Notes under the pieces: generated by a model
Told to the model about the DNA's origin: nothing
The model's database searches: none
Seen by the model: the letters and a program-made list of their open reading frames with translations, nothing else
Part shown: piece after piece, positions 10,274 through 19,258 of the stretch
How the letters are laid out: each line of letters opens with the position of its first letter
Numbering within the stretch: position 1 is the first letter of the stretch
Program-made: the position numbers and the translations under genes
Assembly (NCBI GenBank): GCA_020348445.1
Contig: CP070751.1
Span: 4,569,709-4,633,708, forward strand
Origin: Thermoplasmata archaeon
GTDB lineage: Archaea; Thermoplasmatota; Thermoplasmata; GCA-020350865
Length of the DNA: 64,000 nt
Reading direction: 5' to 3'

Positions 10274-10966
10274 TTATTCGAAGCCCAGATTTGACCAGCT
10301 CTCATAGGTCTCAAGATCCTCAATTTCCCTTCCACCATCTTCAACAAAATATTTCCCAACATGATCCTTCCATATCTTTGGAGTAGCAAGATTTTTCGAT
10401 TTGATTATGGGTACTATCTCCGTTTTAATCACACCTTTTTTTCTATCGAGGTATTTACTTGTGAACTCCTCAACATATGCCCGGTCCCCTGATAGTAATG
10501 ATAAAAGTATGCTGCCGCCTTGATGGTATGTATATGCAATGTACGTTACCACAATATTAGATTGTGTTTTGATATTTGTGATATAATCAAAAATAAAAGA
10601 TGACTCTTTAGGTGCTACATCCAGACTAATGGTAAAGCGTTTTATATTTTGAGAGAGGTTTTTTGGAATCGAAAAGAACCTAGGCTCCATTAGATTGACC
10701 ATCGAAATATCATTGATAGATTCATTACTAGTGATATTGTTTATTATAAATTCTGTAAAATCATCTGCTGATTTTGACCAAACCACCAGGCTTATTTCTC
10801 TATAAATTCCCCTTTTTGTCAAATATAATGGGACTACATAGTCACTTTCCCAGTTCTGATAATTTACCGATATAAAATCCCATATCTGATCCGCAGGTTT
10901 AGAGACTTCATTAGCTTCTTTACCAAAACTTTCATATTCACCTCGAAACCTCGCTATCTGCATCAT
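10274..10966 (-). CDS. Hypothetical protein, possibly tandem RAM-like domains; paralog of 9601..10242
   Basis: SD GAGGTGAT-ATT-ATG; colinear similarity with the neighbour over about 200 aa. Confidence 0.6.
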   Translation of the reverse strand: MMQIARFRGEYESFGKEANEVSKPADQIWDFISVNYQNWESDYVVPLYLTKRGIYREISLVVWSKSADDFTEFIINNITSNESINDISMVNLMEPRFFSIPKNLSQNIKRFTISLDVAPKESSFIFDYITNIKTQSNIVVTYIAYTYHQGGSILLSLLSGDRAYVEEFTSKYLDRKKGVIKTEIVPIIKSKNLATPKIWKDHVGKYFVEDGGREIEDLETYESWSNLGFE

Positions 10967-11150
10967 AATATCACCTCTTTATGATATTTTCGCAGCCGCA
11001 ATATCATGTTAATAATGGTTTTGTCGGTATATAAGTGTATCTTTTTCGTCATAATTATTGATGTTTTTCGTCATATCGTTGAAAATATGGCGGTTTAAGA
11101 GATATATAATGACAAAGGCCATTATTTCAAAACATTGAAAATGATGGAGA

Positions 11151-12707
11151 TTACTGGCAGACTTTTTTTAGGACCCTCTCTATCAAATCTGTTCGAAGCT
11201 CTGTTTTACTATCAAACTCCCCCACCAATGCCTCATTCTCCTTTCCCAGTTCGTAGCAGGTCTGATTGTCCACATCCACGAGAACACCGGGAAGACCTAT
11301 CCTCTCAAAATCCTCCAGGTGTTTCACATAAAAAGCCTCGCAGCAACTTCCCACAAATGCCTTTACCCCGTCATCTTTTGACCGCTTAAGGGTGGAAAGG
11401 AGGTCCTCAAAATCAAGTATCGTGACAACATCGATCCCATTTTCCTCGGCAAACTCGTAACACTCACCAACATTACAGTCTCCGCATTTTATGCAATCCT
11501 TTTTCTGCCTGTATTCACATTCTGGGAGCTTTGAGCAGTAAGGAAGTAAGAGAATGGAACATTTGGGTATGTCCGAAAAGGAGCTGTTCACAGTGAATAT
11601 GCGGTTTACATCCTTAAAATCGATTCCTAATTCAGAATACTTCATCTTCTCCAAGGCTGATTCTATCACGCTCACAAAATCATCGGGTTCAACTCCAGGA
11701 ATTTGAGATTCTTTCTCAGAAAAGAAGTCATGTATTTGTTTTTGTAGTTCATCATGTGCGGCAGAAGTATCCTTGAGCCTGGCCTCCAGGTCCATAATCA
11801 TCCTCTTTGGATAGGCAAAGAAATCCCCAGTGAGCAATATGTAGTGTATTCGATTCGATTTTGCATCTGCCACCAGTGAAGCCCTTATCAGTCCCCCTGG
11901 AGTTTTGTGCACAGCACGTAATTCATGTCTGTGTTTCAAGGGCCTTCTTAATCCATATATCCATTCCATTGAATTGAAGTAAGGTAATCTCTCTTTGAAT
12001 ATATCTTGTTCCTTTTTTGTGAGCTCACCTCTTTCAAATTCAACAGAGAAAACCTCTTCAAAACCTTTTATGATAGCATCCTTGATTAGGTCTAGTTTTG
12101 GAACCTCCCCCAGTTCCCAAGCAAGGCATGTCACCCTTTCTTTTACTGACTCGATTTCCTTGTCTTTTAACTTCTCAATGGGTATGCGAAGTGCCCTAAG
12201 CATGGTGTCAACATCAAAATCGGTAAGCAATGTACCCTGGAAAAGGAAGGCATTCCCCTCCAGTGCACCCCCTGTTCCCGATATCTTTCTTCCCGCTACC
12301 TCTATATCATTTTTAGGTCTAAATGCGGCATTTACTCCAAGATTTTTCAAACCAAGTATGGCTCCTTTGCAGAGAGTTTCATAGAGGTCCTCCACCCGAC
12401 CTGGAATCTTTGGGTGATTCTTGGAGGCAATTATCTCCCAGCCCAATTGAGGTTCATCAAAATATAGGGCTCCCCCTCCTGTGATGCGCCTTTGGATATC
12501 GATTCCATTTCTTTTGCAAAAGTCCTCCCTTATCTCCTGCTCTACACTCTGATGATATCCCACCAATACTGCATTGGGAGAAAATTGAAGTAATCTGAGT
12601 GTGTTTGGGATGTCGTCTTTGCTTTTAACAGCCAATAATGATTGATCTAATGCCATGTTCTCGGCTGCATTGCGAATTCCAGAATCTACCAATCTCCATT
12701 TTTCTAT
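11151..12707 (-). CDS. lplA: Lipoate-protein ligase A fused to Cys-rich DUF116-like domain; probable ATA start
   Basis: WRLVDSG..ENMALD, RRITGGGALY, KPKN-like RPKND, RKISGTG; C-terminal PYCSK..C..CIKCGDC..GSCC. ATA at 12707 sits 3 nt after GGTGAT, with an in-frame TAA further upstream. Confidence 0.85.
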   Translation of the reverse strand: MEKWRLVDSGIRNAAENMALDQSLLAVKSKDDIPNTLRLLQFSPNAVLVGYHQSVEQEIREDFCKRNGIDIQRRITGGGALYFDEPQLGWEIIASKNHPKIPGRVEDLYETLCKGAILGLKNLGVNAAFRPKNDIEVAGRKISGTGGALEGNAFLFQGTLLTDFDVDTMLRALRIPIEKLKDKEIESVKERVTCLAWELGEVPKLDLIKDAIIKGFEEVFSVEFERGELTKKEQDIFKERLPYFNSMEWIYGLRRPLKHRHELRAVHKTPGGLIRASLVADAKSNRIHYILLTGDFFAYPKRMIMDLEARLKDTSAAHDELQKQIHDFFSEKESQIPGVEPDDFVSVIESALEKMKYSELGIDFKDVNRIFTVNSSFSDIPKCSILLLPYCSKLPECEYRQKKDCIKCGDCNVGECYEFAEENGIDVVTILDFEDLLSTLKRSKDDGVKAFVGSCCEAFYVKHLEDFERIGLPGVLVDVDNQTCYELGKENEALVGEFDSKTELRTDLIERVLKKVCQ

Positions 12708-12781
12708 GTAATCACCAGCTATTTATTTTGTAGGTAAGAAATTAAGGCATCATAAGAAATATTGGAATTGTATCCTCCCAC

Positions 12782-13813
12782 TCATAGAGAATAGTCTGCA
12801 AGCTGCTCTTTAATCAGCTTGATGTCTTGTTCATCTGGAAGGAAGGGAAAGTTCCTTATGGGGCGTGAAGGTCTTTCATTGCCAAATGGGCGGTTGCATG
12901 CTACTTTACCATTCTTTCCTGCGCAGCCAGAGGTCATGAACGCCTCACCGTCTTGGATTATTTTATTTAAGTCCACACCAAATTCTATTACCTGGCCCTT
13001 CTCATTGAATTTCATATTATTTAAAGAACCCAGGCCCCCATTGATTATGTACCTGGCCAATTGTACTCGCCTGTACCTTCCATATGATGGCTGTACATGT
13101 TTCTCCAATTTGCTTCCTCCTTCTGGAAAGAATGAGAACAAATGGGTTTTTGCTCCTAGATCCTCGGCCCTTTGGATGCTTTCGATCATCTCCCTTTCCG
13201 TCTCTCCCAAGCCCACGATAAGATGGACTCCCACATTACCTCTTCCAAATACCTCCACACACCATTTTACAACTTCCCAATAATGATCCCATTTATGAGG
13301 GCCTTTGACACCTTTGCCCCTATGTTCTTCAAATAACTCAGGGGTGACAGTATCTATTGCAATACCAACCATATCCGCACCTGAAATTCTGATTCTCTCT
13401 ATTGATTTCTTATCCTTTATCATGGTGGGAGAAATAAGGCCGCTTATGAGGAGGTCTGTTTCATCCTTGAACTTTTTCATGACCCAACACATGTCCTCAA
13501 AGGCCCTAGGATGCGTGATCATGGACACACATAACCTCTGTAAATGTTTTCCGTGCTCATTTGTTCGTTTTATAATTTCATCTATCTGATATGAAGGCCA
13601 GTCTACCCTGATGAATGTTCTGTCTTCTTCATCCACATCTCTTGCTTTTGATAAACCACAATAGCTACAGTTCGCCTTACAGCCGTCTTCATATGTTAAT
13701 AGTAGATTTAACGCATTGAGTCTTGCTCCTCTGAAGAATCTTCCTGGCAAGAGTTTCATTGTCATTGCAGCAGCTGTGCTTGTTTGCAGATATTCAGGAC
13801 TGTTTTGGGGCAT
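12782..13813 (-). CDS. lipS1: Radical SAM sulfur insertase, LipS1 type
   Basis: SPEYLQTSTAAAMT N-terminus, LLLTYEDGCKANCSYCGL, GVHLIVGLGE, SGC..ACNRPFGNERP; adjacent to GcvH-like and ligase genes. Confidence 0.8.
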   Translation of the reverse strand: MPQNSPEYLQTSTAAAMTMKLLPGRFFRGARLNALNLLLTYEDGCKANCSYCGLSKARDVDEEDRTFIRVDWPSYQIDEIIKRTNEHGKHLQRLCVSMITHPRAFEDMCWVMKKFKDETDLLISGLISPTMIKDKKSIERIRISGADMVGIAIDTVTPELFEEHRGKGVKGPHKWDHYWEVVKWCVEVFGRGNVGVHLIVGLGETEREMIESIQRAEDLGAKTHLFSFFPEGGSKLEKHVQPSYGRYRRVQLARYIINGGLGSLNNMKFNEKGQVIEFGVDLNKIIQDGEAFMTSGCAGKNGKVACNRPFGNERPSRPIRNFPFLPDEQDIKLIKEQLADYSL

Positions 13814-14243
13814 CGCAATCCAACCTTATAATTTCGCTTTCGATCCATATTTTAATGCCTTCCTCCCCTTCAACTATATCGTCTGATTGAAGATCTTTAT
13901 CCAGGTTTTCAGGCTCAATTTCCACTATCCAGGCATTGTAAGGATCCTTGTTCACTTTGATGGGATCATTTAACACATCCTCGTTTACTGAAACGACTTT
14001 TCCACTTATGGGAGAGTAAAATTTGGATACGAACTTCGCTGACTCGAAACTGCCTATTGCTTCGCCCTGAGACAGCTTCCGATTGTCTATGGTGATATAA
14101 CTCAAATATCCTGCATTCTCAGTTAGAAATGAGTCCATCCCAATCCTCAGGATGCCTCCTTCTTCCTTTAGCCATATATGATTCCCATGTTTTTTGTAGT
14201 ACTTTCTATCCAAGGGAAATTTCATGTTATTTATCTCGATCAA
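13794..14243 (-). CDS. gcvH: GcvH/LbpA-like lipoyl carrier protein (copy 1)
   Basis: HIW..EEG..RIGMD, GSFESAKFVSKFYSPISGKVVSVNE..DPY.AWI with the lipoyl Lys. Start placed at TTG 14243 after GGAGGG (ORF track starts at 14297). Confidence 0.85.
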   Translation of the reverse strand: MIEINNMKFPLDRKYYKKHGNHIWLKEEGGILRIGMDSFLTENAGYLSYITIDNRKLSQGEAIGSFESAKFVSKFYSPISGKVVSVNEDVLNDPIKVNKDPYNAWIVEIEPENLDKDLQSDDIVEGEEGIKIWIESEIIRLDCDAPKQS

Positions 14244-14305
14244 GGTTCTCCCTCCAATCCGACGAAAAACATTCTTAGGATTTAGGTTTTTCGTCATAGG
14301 TCATT

Positions 14306-15295
14306 TTATTTATCCTGTTTTCTGTGCAACTCGTTAATAATATTTAAAACTTCTTTTTCCTCGAAAACAATGCCTATTAAAGAGTTCATTAGGGCTTTGT
14401 TTGGTAAAGTAGTTCCAGATGTACTAACCACATCAATATCCCTTATCTTTTCATCCTCAAGTTCGAAGATAATGTCATACCTTCTGTTATGAGATTCGAA
14501 GCTACGATATATTATCATGATGCCTTCCCTGATCTTTATGTCTCTTCCACTTCTTTTCGGAACCTTTTGAAAAAGCCACTTTTTGGTAGAGAATTTTCTG
14601 TCAAGTTCATCCATAGCAGACCAAATGTCGTCCGTAATTTTTGCTGGAGTCAAAGGACCCAGTGATTTCTCATATTCGGAAATCAGCGCATCCTTAATCT
14701 CTCTTTGGGAAGGAATGAGTCCCAGTTCATTCTTTATTGTCGTCATATTTTTCCGCATGCTTTCAAGAACCCTATTTCTGAACTCTTTGTTTGGAACATT
14801 CAATATGTTTGCTATTTTTGTAAAATTAAAATCCAAAAGGAGATTTCCAACCAGAACCTTGCAGTCACCGATTTCCCCGCCTCCATTTCCCGATATCTTC
14901 TTTTGTCCCACAATTATATCATTTATTGGAACGAAATTGCCCTGCAATCCAAATCCACTTAGAACTCTAACAACAGGCTTCAAAAATTTTTCGAAAAATG
15001 CCTGATTATTTCGTGGTGTAAGTGGATTGTCCCTTCGGATGATCACCTGATAAAAAATCTGATATTTATCAAGGAAAACTGTACCTCCCCCTGTTTCCCT
15101 CCGAAAATATCCGATTTTATGTTTTTTGCAGTAATCTAAATCTAGCTCTTGTTCCAAATCCTGGGCAAAACCAATGCAAGCGTACGGTTCCTTTGTTCCT
15201 GTAAGAATAAGACATTCCTCATTTCTACGGGCAAGAACATGATAGATCAGTTGGGAATCGCTCCATTTTAAATGAGGGAGATTGTATAATCTTAT
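14306..15295 (-). CDS. Second lipoate/octanoate-protein ligase (Lpl(AB)-like); probable ATA start
   Basis: The frame extends 46 codons beyond the track's TTG: IRLYNLPHLKWSDSQLIYHVLAR..EPYACIGFAQDLEQE; RRETGGGTVFLD, KKISGNG motifs. AGGAGG lies 7 nt before ATA 15295. Confidence 0.82.
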   Translation of the reverse strand: MRLYNLPHLKWSDSQLIYHVLARRNEECLILTGTKEPYACIGFAQDLEQELDLDYCKKHKIGYFRRETGGGTVFLDKYQIFYQVIIRRDNPLTPRNNQAFFEKFLKPVVRVLSGFGLQGNFVPINDIIVGQKKISGNGGGEIGDCKVLVGNLLLDFNFTKIANILNVPNKEFRNRVLESMRKNMTTIKNELGLIPSQREIKDALISEYEKSLGPLTPAKITDDIWSAMDELDRKFSTKKWLFQKVPKRSGRDIKIREGIMIIYRSFESHNRRYDIIFELEDEKIRDIDVVSTSGTTLPNKALMNSLIGIVFEEKEVLNIINELHRKQDK

Positions 15296-15417
15296 ATTAT
15301 TGCCTCCTTTTATTAATAATATATTTCTGTCATGGATATTACAATATGTTCATTTTCTTTCAACCTGAAAACGGTTTTTAGCAACTTGTCCAATTCACTT
15401 TGCCAATTAAAGCTTCG

Positions 15418-17118
15418 TCATAACCTTCTATATATTATGATTACAGCAATCAACCAAATAATCACAATCGAGAGTACTGAAAGTGTAATTGGAAGAAATT
15501 CAATGTTTATGACCTGTCCAGTCCAAGCGATATAGATCACAAGTGCTGCAGCCATGATGCTGATGGAAACTATAACTCCGATTTTTCTAATGTAGGATTT
15601 AAGATCATCAAATATGGCATGATCGACTTTAATCATCAGCTGATCACTTTCCAGTTTTCGAAGGATTTTATCTGCCCGCTTGGGAAGTGAATGTGCAAAT
15701 TTCCTGTATTCTCTTGCTGTTTCCAGGGCCTGGATTGGATCGGGTCTCAATTTATATCTATCCTGTAAAAGAGGTATTATGTTGGCCTGGGCAACTTCGA
15801 CTATATCGAATTTTGGATTAAGATCCCTGCAGACGCCCTCTACCTGCATAAGCGCCCTCTCAAAGAGGAAGAATGACGAAGGGAGCATTAACTTGTGCCT
15901 GATTGCGATATCAGCCATTCTCTGGTTCATTCCCTCAGCAATTGGAACATCCTCCTTTTTTAGGAGGCTGAAATCAATGAAATCCCGAAGGTCCCACTCC
16001 AATCTTTGGAAATTAATTTCACTTTCACGACCTTGGCTCATCTCTACAAAAGTGGAAGCAGCCTTGCTAACATTTTTCTGAATAAGGGAAATATAAAACG
16101 TCCCCACCTGCTCCCTTGTTTCATCATTCATGTACCCTATGGCCCCAAAGTCCAAAAAGCACACCCTGTTTCCCTTCATTACAAATATATTATCTTGATG
16201 AGGATCTGCATGGAAAAAACCGTCGATAAATATCTGTTTAATATAGGCTCTTCCCAGAGTGTCGGTGATGGCCTTAAAATCAGTGTTCATTTCTCTGAGT
16301 TTATTTTGAGAATCTAAAGAAGCTCCTTCTATGAATTCCATGCAAAGAACCTTTTTGGTGGAGAATTTCCAGTACACCTTGGGGATGACCACACTCTCCA
16401 GGGAGCTCATGTTATCCTTGAACCTCTCTATGTTCCTGGCCTCCAATGTGTAATCTATCTCCCTTAATATCATGTGCCCGAACTCATCTATTATTCCCTG
16501 AGGGTCGAAGTTCTCAATATTTTTAAAAGCCCTTTTTAGGAGTTCGGAGATGTTATTCAATATCTCGATATCAGCCTTTATGATCTCCTTGATATCGGGT
16601 CTTTGAACCTTTACCGCAACCTTCTCTTTTGTTCCTTTCAGTATACCGACATGAACCTGGCCAATGGAAGCTGCGGCTATGGGTGATTTATCAAAGAATT
16701 CGAAAACCGCATTAATTTTCTTTCCCAACTCTTCTTCCACAATCTCCTTCACCTTCTCAATCGGGATTGGTGGAACATCATCTCTTAGGCTTCCCAACTC
16801 CTCTGCATAATCTTTTGGAATAAGATCGGACCTTGTACTCAACATCTGACCCAGTTTGATAAACGTTGGACCAAGGCTTTCTAAAAGAAGCCGGAACCTA
16901 ACAGAACTTCTTTGGCTTGCGATATCTTTTTTTTCCTCGCTATCCAGCTTGGTATCTTTCAAGAGACTTGTTGCGTCCCATAGCCTGCCAAATCCATATC
17001 TCGATAGAGCAGACAGAATCTCACCCACACGTTTATAATGGACATACTTCTGGCTCAAAAGGCGTCTTACGGGCTCTCTTGGACCCTCCGAATCATCAAG
17101 AACATCCCTGTTAAGCAT
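15418..17118 (-). CDS. ubiB: UbiB/ABC1 (AarF) family atypical kinase with two C-terminal TM helices
   Basis: LGPTFIKLGQMLSTR, AAASIGQVH, VAVKVQRP, FFHADPH, LDFG. Confidence 0.92.
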   Translation of the reverse strand: MLNRDVLDDSEGPREPVRRLLSQKYVHYKRVGEILSALSRYGFGRLWDATSLLKDTKLDSEEKKDIASQRSSVRFRLLLESLGPTFIKLGQMLSTRSDLIPKDYAEELGSLRDDVPPIPIEKVKEIVEEELGKKINAVFEFFDKSPIAAASIGQVHVGILKGTKEKVAVKVQRPDIKEIIKADIEILNNISELLKRAFKNIENFDPQGIIDEFGHMILREIDYTLEARNIERFKDNMSSLESVVIPKVYWKFSTKKVLCMEFIEGASLDSQNKLREMNTDFKAITDTLGRAYIKQIFIDGFFHADPHQDNIFVMKGNRVCFLDFGAIGYMNDETREQVGTFYISLIQKNVSKAASTFVEMSQGRESEINFQRLEWDLRDFIDFSLLKKEDVPIAEGMNQRMADIAIRHKLMLPSSFFLFERALMQVEGVCRDLNPKFDIVEVAQANIIPLLQDRYKLRPDPIQALETAREYRKFAHSLPKRADKILRKLESDQLMIKVDHAIFDDLKSYIRKIGVIVSISIMAAALVIYIAWTGQVINIEFLPITLSVLSIVIIWLIAVIIIYRRL

Positions 17119-17223
17119 GGTGTACTTCCTCTTACGCCCAGTTCTTTTGACACACTACTATAATGTGTTATTATTTATAACTTCCTGAGATCTGAAATAG
17201 TTAGTTGACTTTGTTACTGATGT

Positions 17224-18144
17224 TCACCCCAGCGCATTAAATTTAAAAATAACAACATTCGCCATCCTCAAAGCTATATCGATTATCATGGAAAAACTGA
17301 AGAGCCAGAACCATTCTGCAGAACGAATAAAGGTCTTGGCCCCGACATCGGGCCTTGGAATTTTTACGAGATTGTCGGCAAAAATTATTAAAAGAATACC
17401 TGAAAAAACAGAGCCTATGAGAAATACGACCCCTAGATTAGTAAATAAGAACAACACAATGGACATGAAAAGAACAAATGTCCAGCACACGAATATGAAC
17501 TTTGCAGTTGCTTTTATTCCGTACTTGACAGGCAATGTTGGAACCCCTCTTTTCTTATCATACTCATAATCCCTGCAAACACCACTCCAAGTAAATCCCG
17601 GTTCAAAGAAAAAGAAGATAACAAAAAGCAATATAGCTTCAATGGTGATGGCATTTGTGTACACAAAGAACACACCAAAGGGCATCAATGCAGTTGGAAT
17701 AACAACGAACAAATTTGAATAAGGGGCATTACCCTTCATATATTTGGAATAAGCAAATATCGATATCATCTGGATTATCCCGATCATACCTGTAAGTGGA
17801 TTGAGGTAGAATAGGATGACAATTGAGGGAATTCCAAGGACTGCAGCATATACTAAAAGGGTCCTTTTTGGAATCCCAAGTTTAATTGCTTTTGGTATGG
17901 GCGCGTAAACATCCAGGTTAGCATCATAATAGTCATTTACCGCATAACCTGATGTTACTCCCAAGTATGATGCAAGGATAATGAGAAGCAACTTATTGTA
18001 GAACATGGAATCAGACGTAATTGAGGAGGCAAAGTCTCCGTATTCTATGGAGGCAAAAAGCGCCATTGCAGCAACCCAGGGTAGGGTCACGATTCCGATT
18101 ATCGGCCTCATTGTGATAACAAGTCCCTTGACAGCACCCGCCAT
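17224..18144 (-). CDS. UbiA-family prenyltransferase
   Basis: MRP start, NDYYD and RDYEYD Asp-rich motifs, multiple TM helices. Start at ATG 18144 after GGTGAG. Confidence 0.85.
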   Translation of the reverse strand: MAGAVKGLVITMRPIIGIVTLPWVAAMALFASIEYGDFASSITSDSMFYNKLLLIILASYLGVTSGYAVNDYYDANLDVYAPIPKAIKLGIPKRTLLVYAAVLGIPSIVILFYLNPLTGMIGIIQMISIFAYSKYMKGNAPYSNLFVVIPTALMPFGVFFVYTNAITIEAILLFVIFFFFEPGFTWSGVCRDYEYDKKRGVPTLPVKYGIKATAKFIFVCWTFVLFMSIVLFLFTNLGVVFLIGSVFSGILLIIFADNLVKIPRPDVGAKTFIRSAEWFWLFSFSMIIDIALRMANVVIFKFNALG

Positions 18145-18237
18145 CTTCTCACCTTTGGCATTATTTTGGGGTGAATGAAATAACTGATTATATTTTTTAC
18201 CCCAATTCATAAGAACCAATATTTCATTGACCAAAGT

Positions 18238-19224
18238 ATGATACCAGTTGCCAAGGCCCATGAAGTTACAATTCATTCCCCTTCCCTGGCTATAGTTGCC
18301 TTCCACTCAAGCCCCTATCCTTCACATGTCCAGGGCGGGGCAGTAGACATATTTGGGGGGAAGGAATTCGGAACTCCTGTGATAAGCCCCGTATCTGGAG
18401 AAGTAATACTCATTGACAGGAGCAAAGTAGGAAAATCCAGATATTTTGATTCTGAGCCTTTTGATTACATAATTGCATTAAAATCCAAAGGGGTATGCGT
18501 GCGTATCCTCCATGTGGAGCCTGAAGTCGAAGTGGGAGATTCAATTGAAGTTTCTGAGAGACTTGGAAGCTACATAAGAACCCCTCTTCTTCCCTTCTGG
18601 TCCTATCCTCATTCTCATGTGGAGATCAAGGACTGTAAGGATACCGCATCTCCCCTATATGCATATCCCTTGGATTTGATGGGAAGTGGAGAATTCCAAG
18701 GTTCCCCCGAAATAGATTTTGATACCATCAATGCAGAGGTAATCCTGTCCACTGAAAATTATATCATAGTAACACCAGCAATCGATGTCCATGCAGTAAT
18801 TGGTTATTATTGGGGTGTGGCTGTAAAAGTGGATGATGAGTTCGCTCTTCTTGATGCACAATGCCCCTGGAACTGCTATGGTGGTCTTGTTCTTAAGGAT
18901 GGTTCAGAGGTGAGAGAGGGACATTTGGTAAAAATTGGGAACGTCACTCTTGGCTCGGTTATAAGAAGGCGGGGATCTTTGGCCACATATGCACTAGGAG
19001 GTGAACTAGGAGATGGAATCGACAGGTATTCTAAAGGATTATTGTTCAAGGATGTGAACAGATTCAATGTCCCCAACAAGCGAATCAAGGTGAATGGCGA
19101 GATATTTCTTGGGATATCAACGGGATTATCCCTTCAGGAGAACAGGACCATAAAACTTGTTCCCACAAAGCCCCTAGAGGAAAGATATGAAGAGGGGGAA
19201 GAGGTAACAATCGAATTTATTTAG
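18238..19224 (+). CDS. Conserved archaeal hypothetical protein with M23-peptidase-like/hybrid-motif features
   Basis: SPYPSHVQGGAVD (H..D), SPVSGEV and HSH motifs resemble the M23 Zn site. No signal peptide is evident. Confidence 0.55.
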   Translation: MIPVAKAHEVTIHSPSLAIVAFHSSPYPSHVQGGAVDIFGGKEFGTPVISPVSGEVILIDRSKVGKSRYFDSEPFDYIIALKSKGVCVRILHVEPEVEVGDSIEVSERLGSYIRTPLLPFWSYPHSHVEIKDCKDTASPLYAYPLDLMGSGEFQGSPEIDFDTINAEVILSTENYIIVTPAIDVHAVIGYYWGVAVKVDDEFALLDAQCPWNCYGGLVLKDGSEVREGHLVKIGNVTLGSVIRRRGSLATYALGGELGDGIDRYSKGLLFKDVNRFNVPNKRIKVNGEIFLGISTGLSLQENRTIKLVPTKPLEERYEEGEEVTIEFI

Positions 19225-19258
19225 CGAGGATAAAACAAATTCAAAAAAGGGATAAAAC

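Noticed and set aside
18145-18306. 54-aa N-terminal extension of the UbiA ORF given in the track
   Set aside because: It overlaps the divergent gene at 18238, and a good GGTGAG SD precedes ATG 18144.
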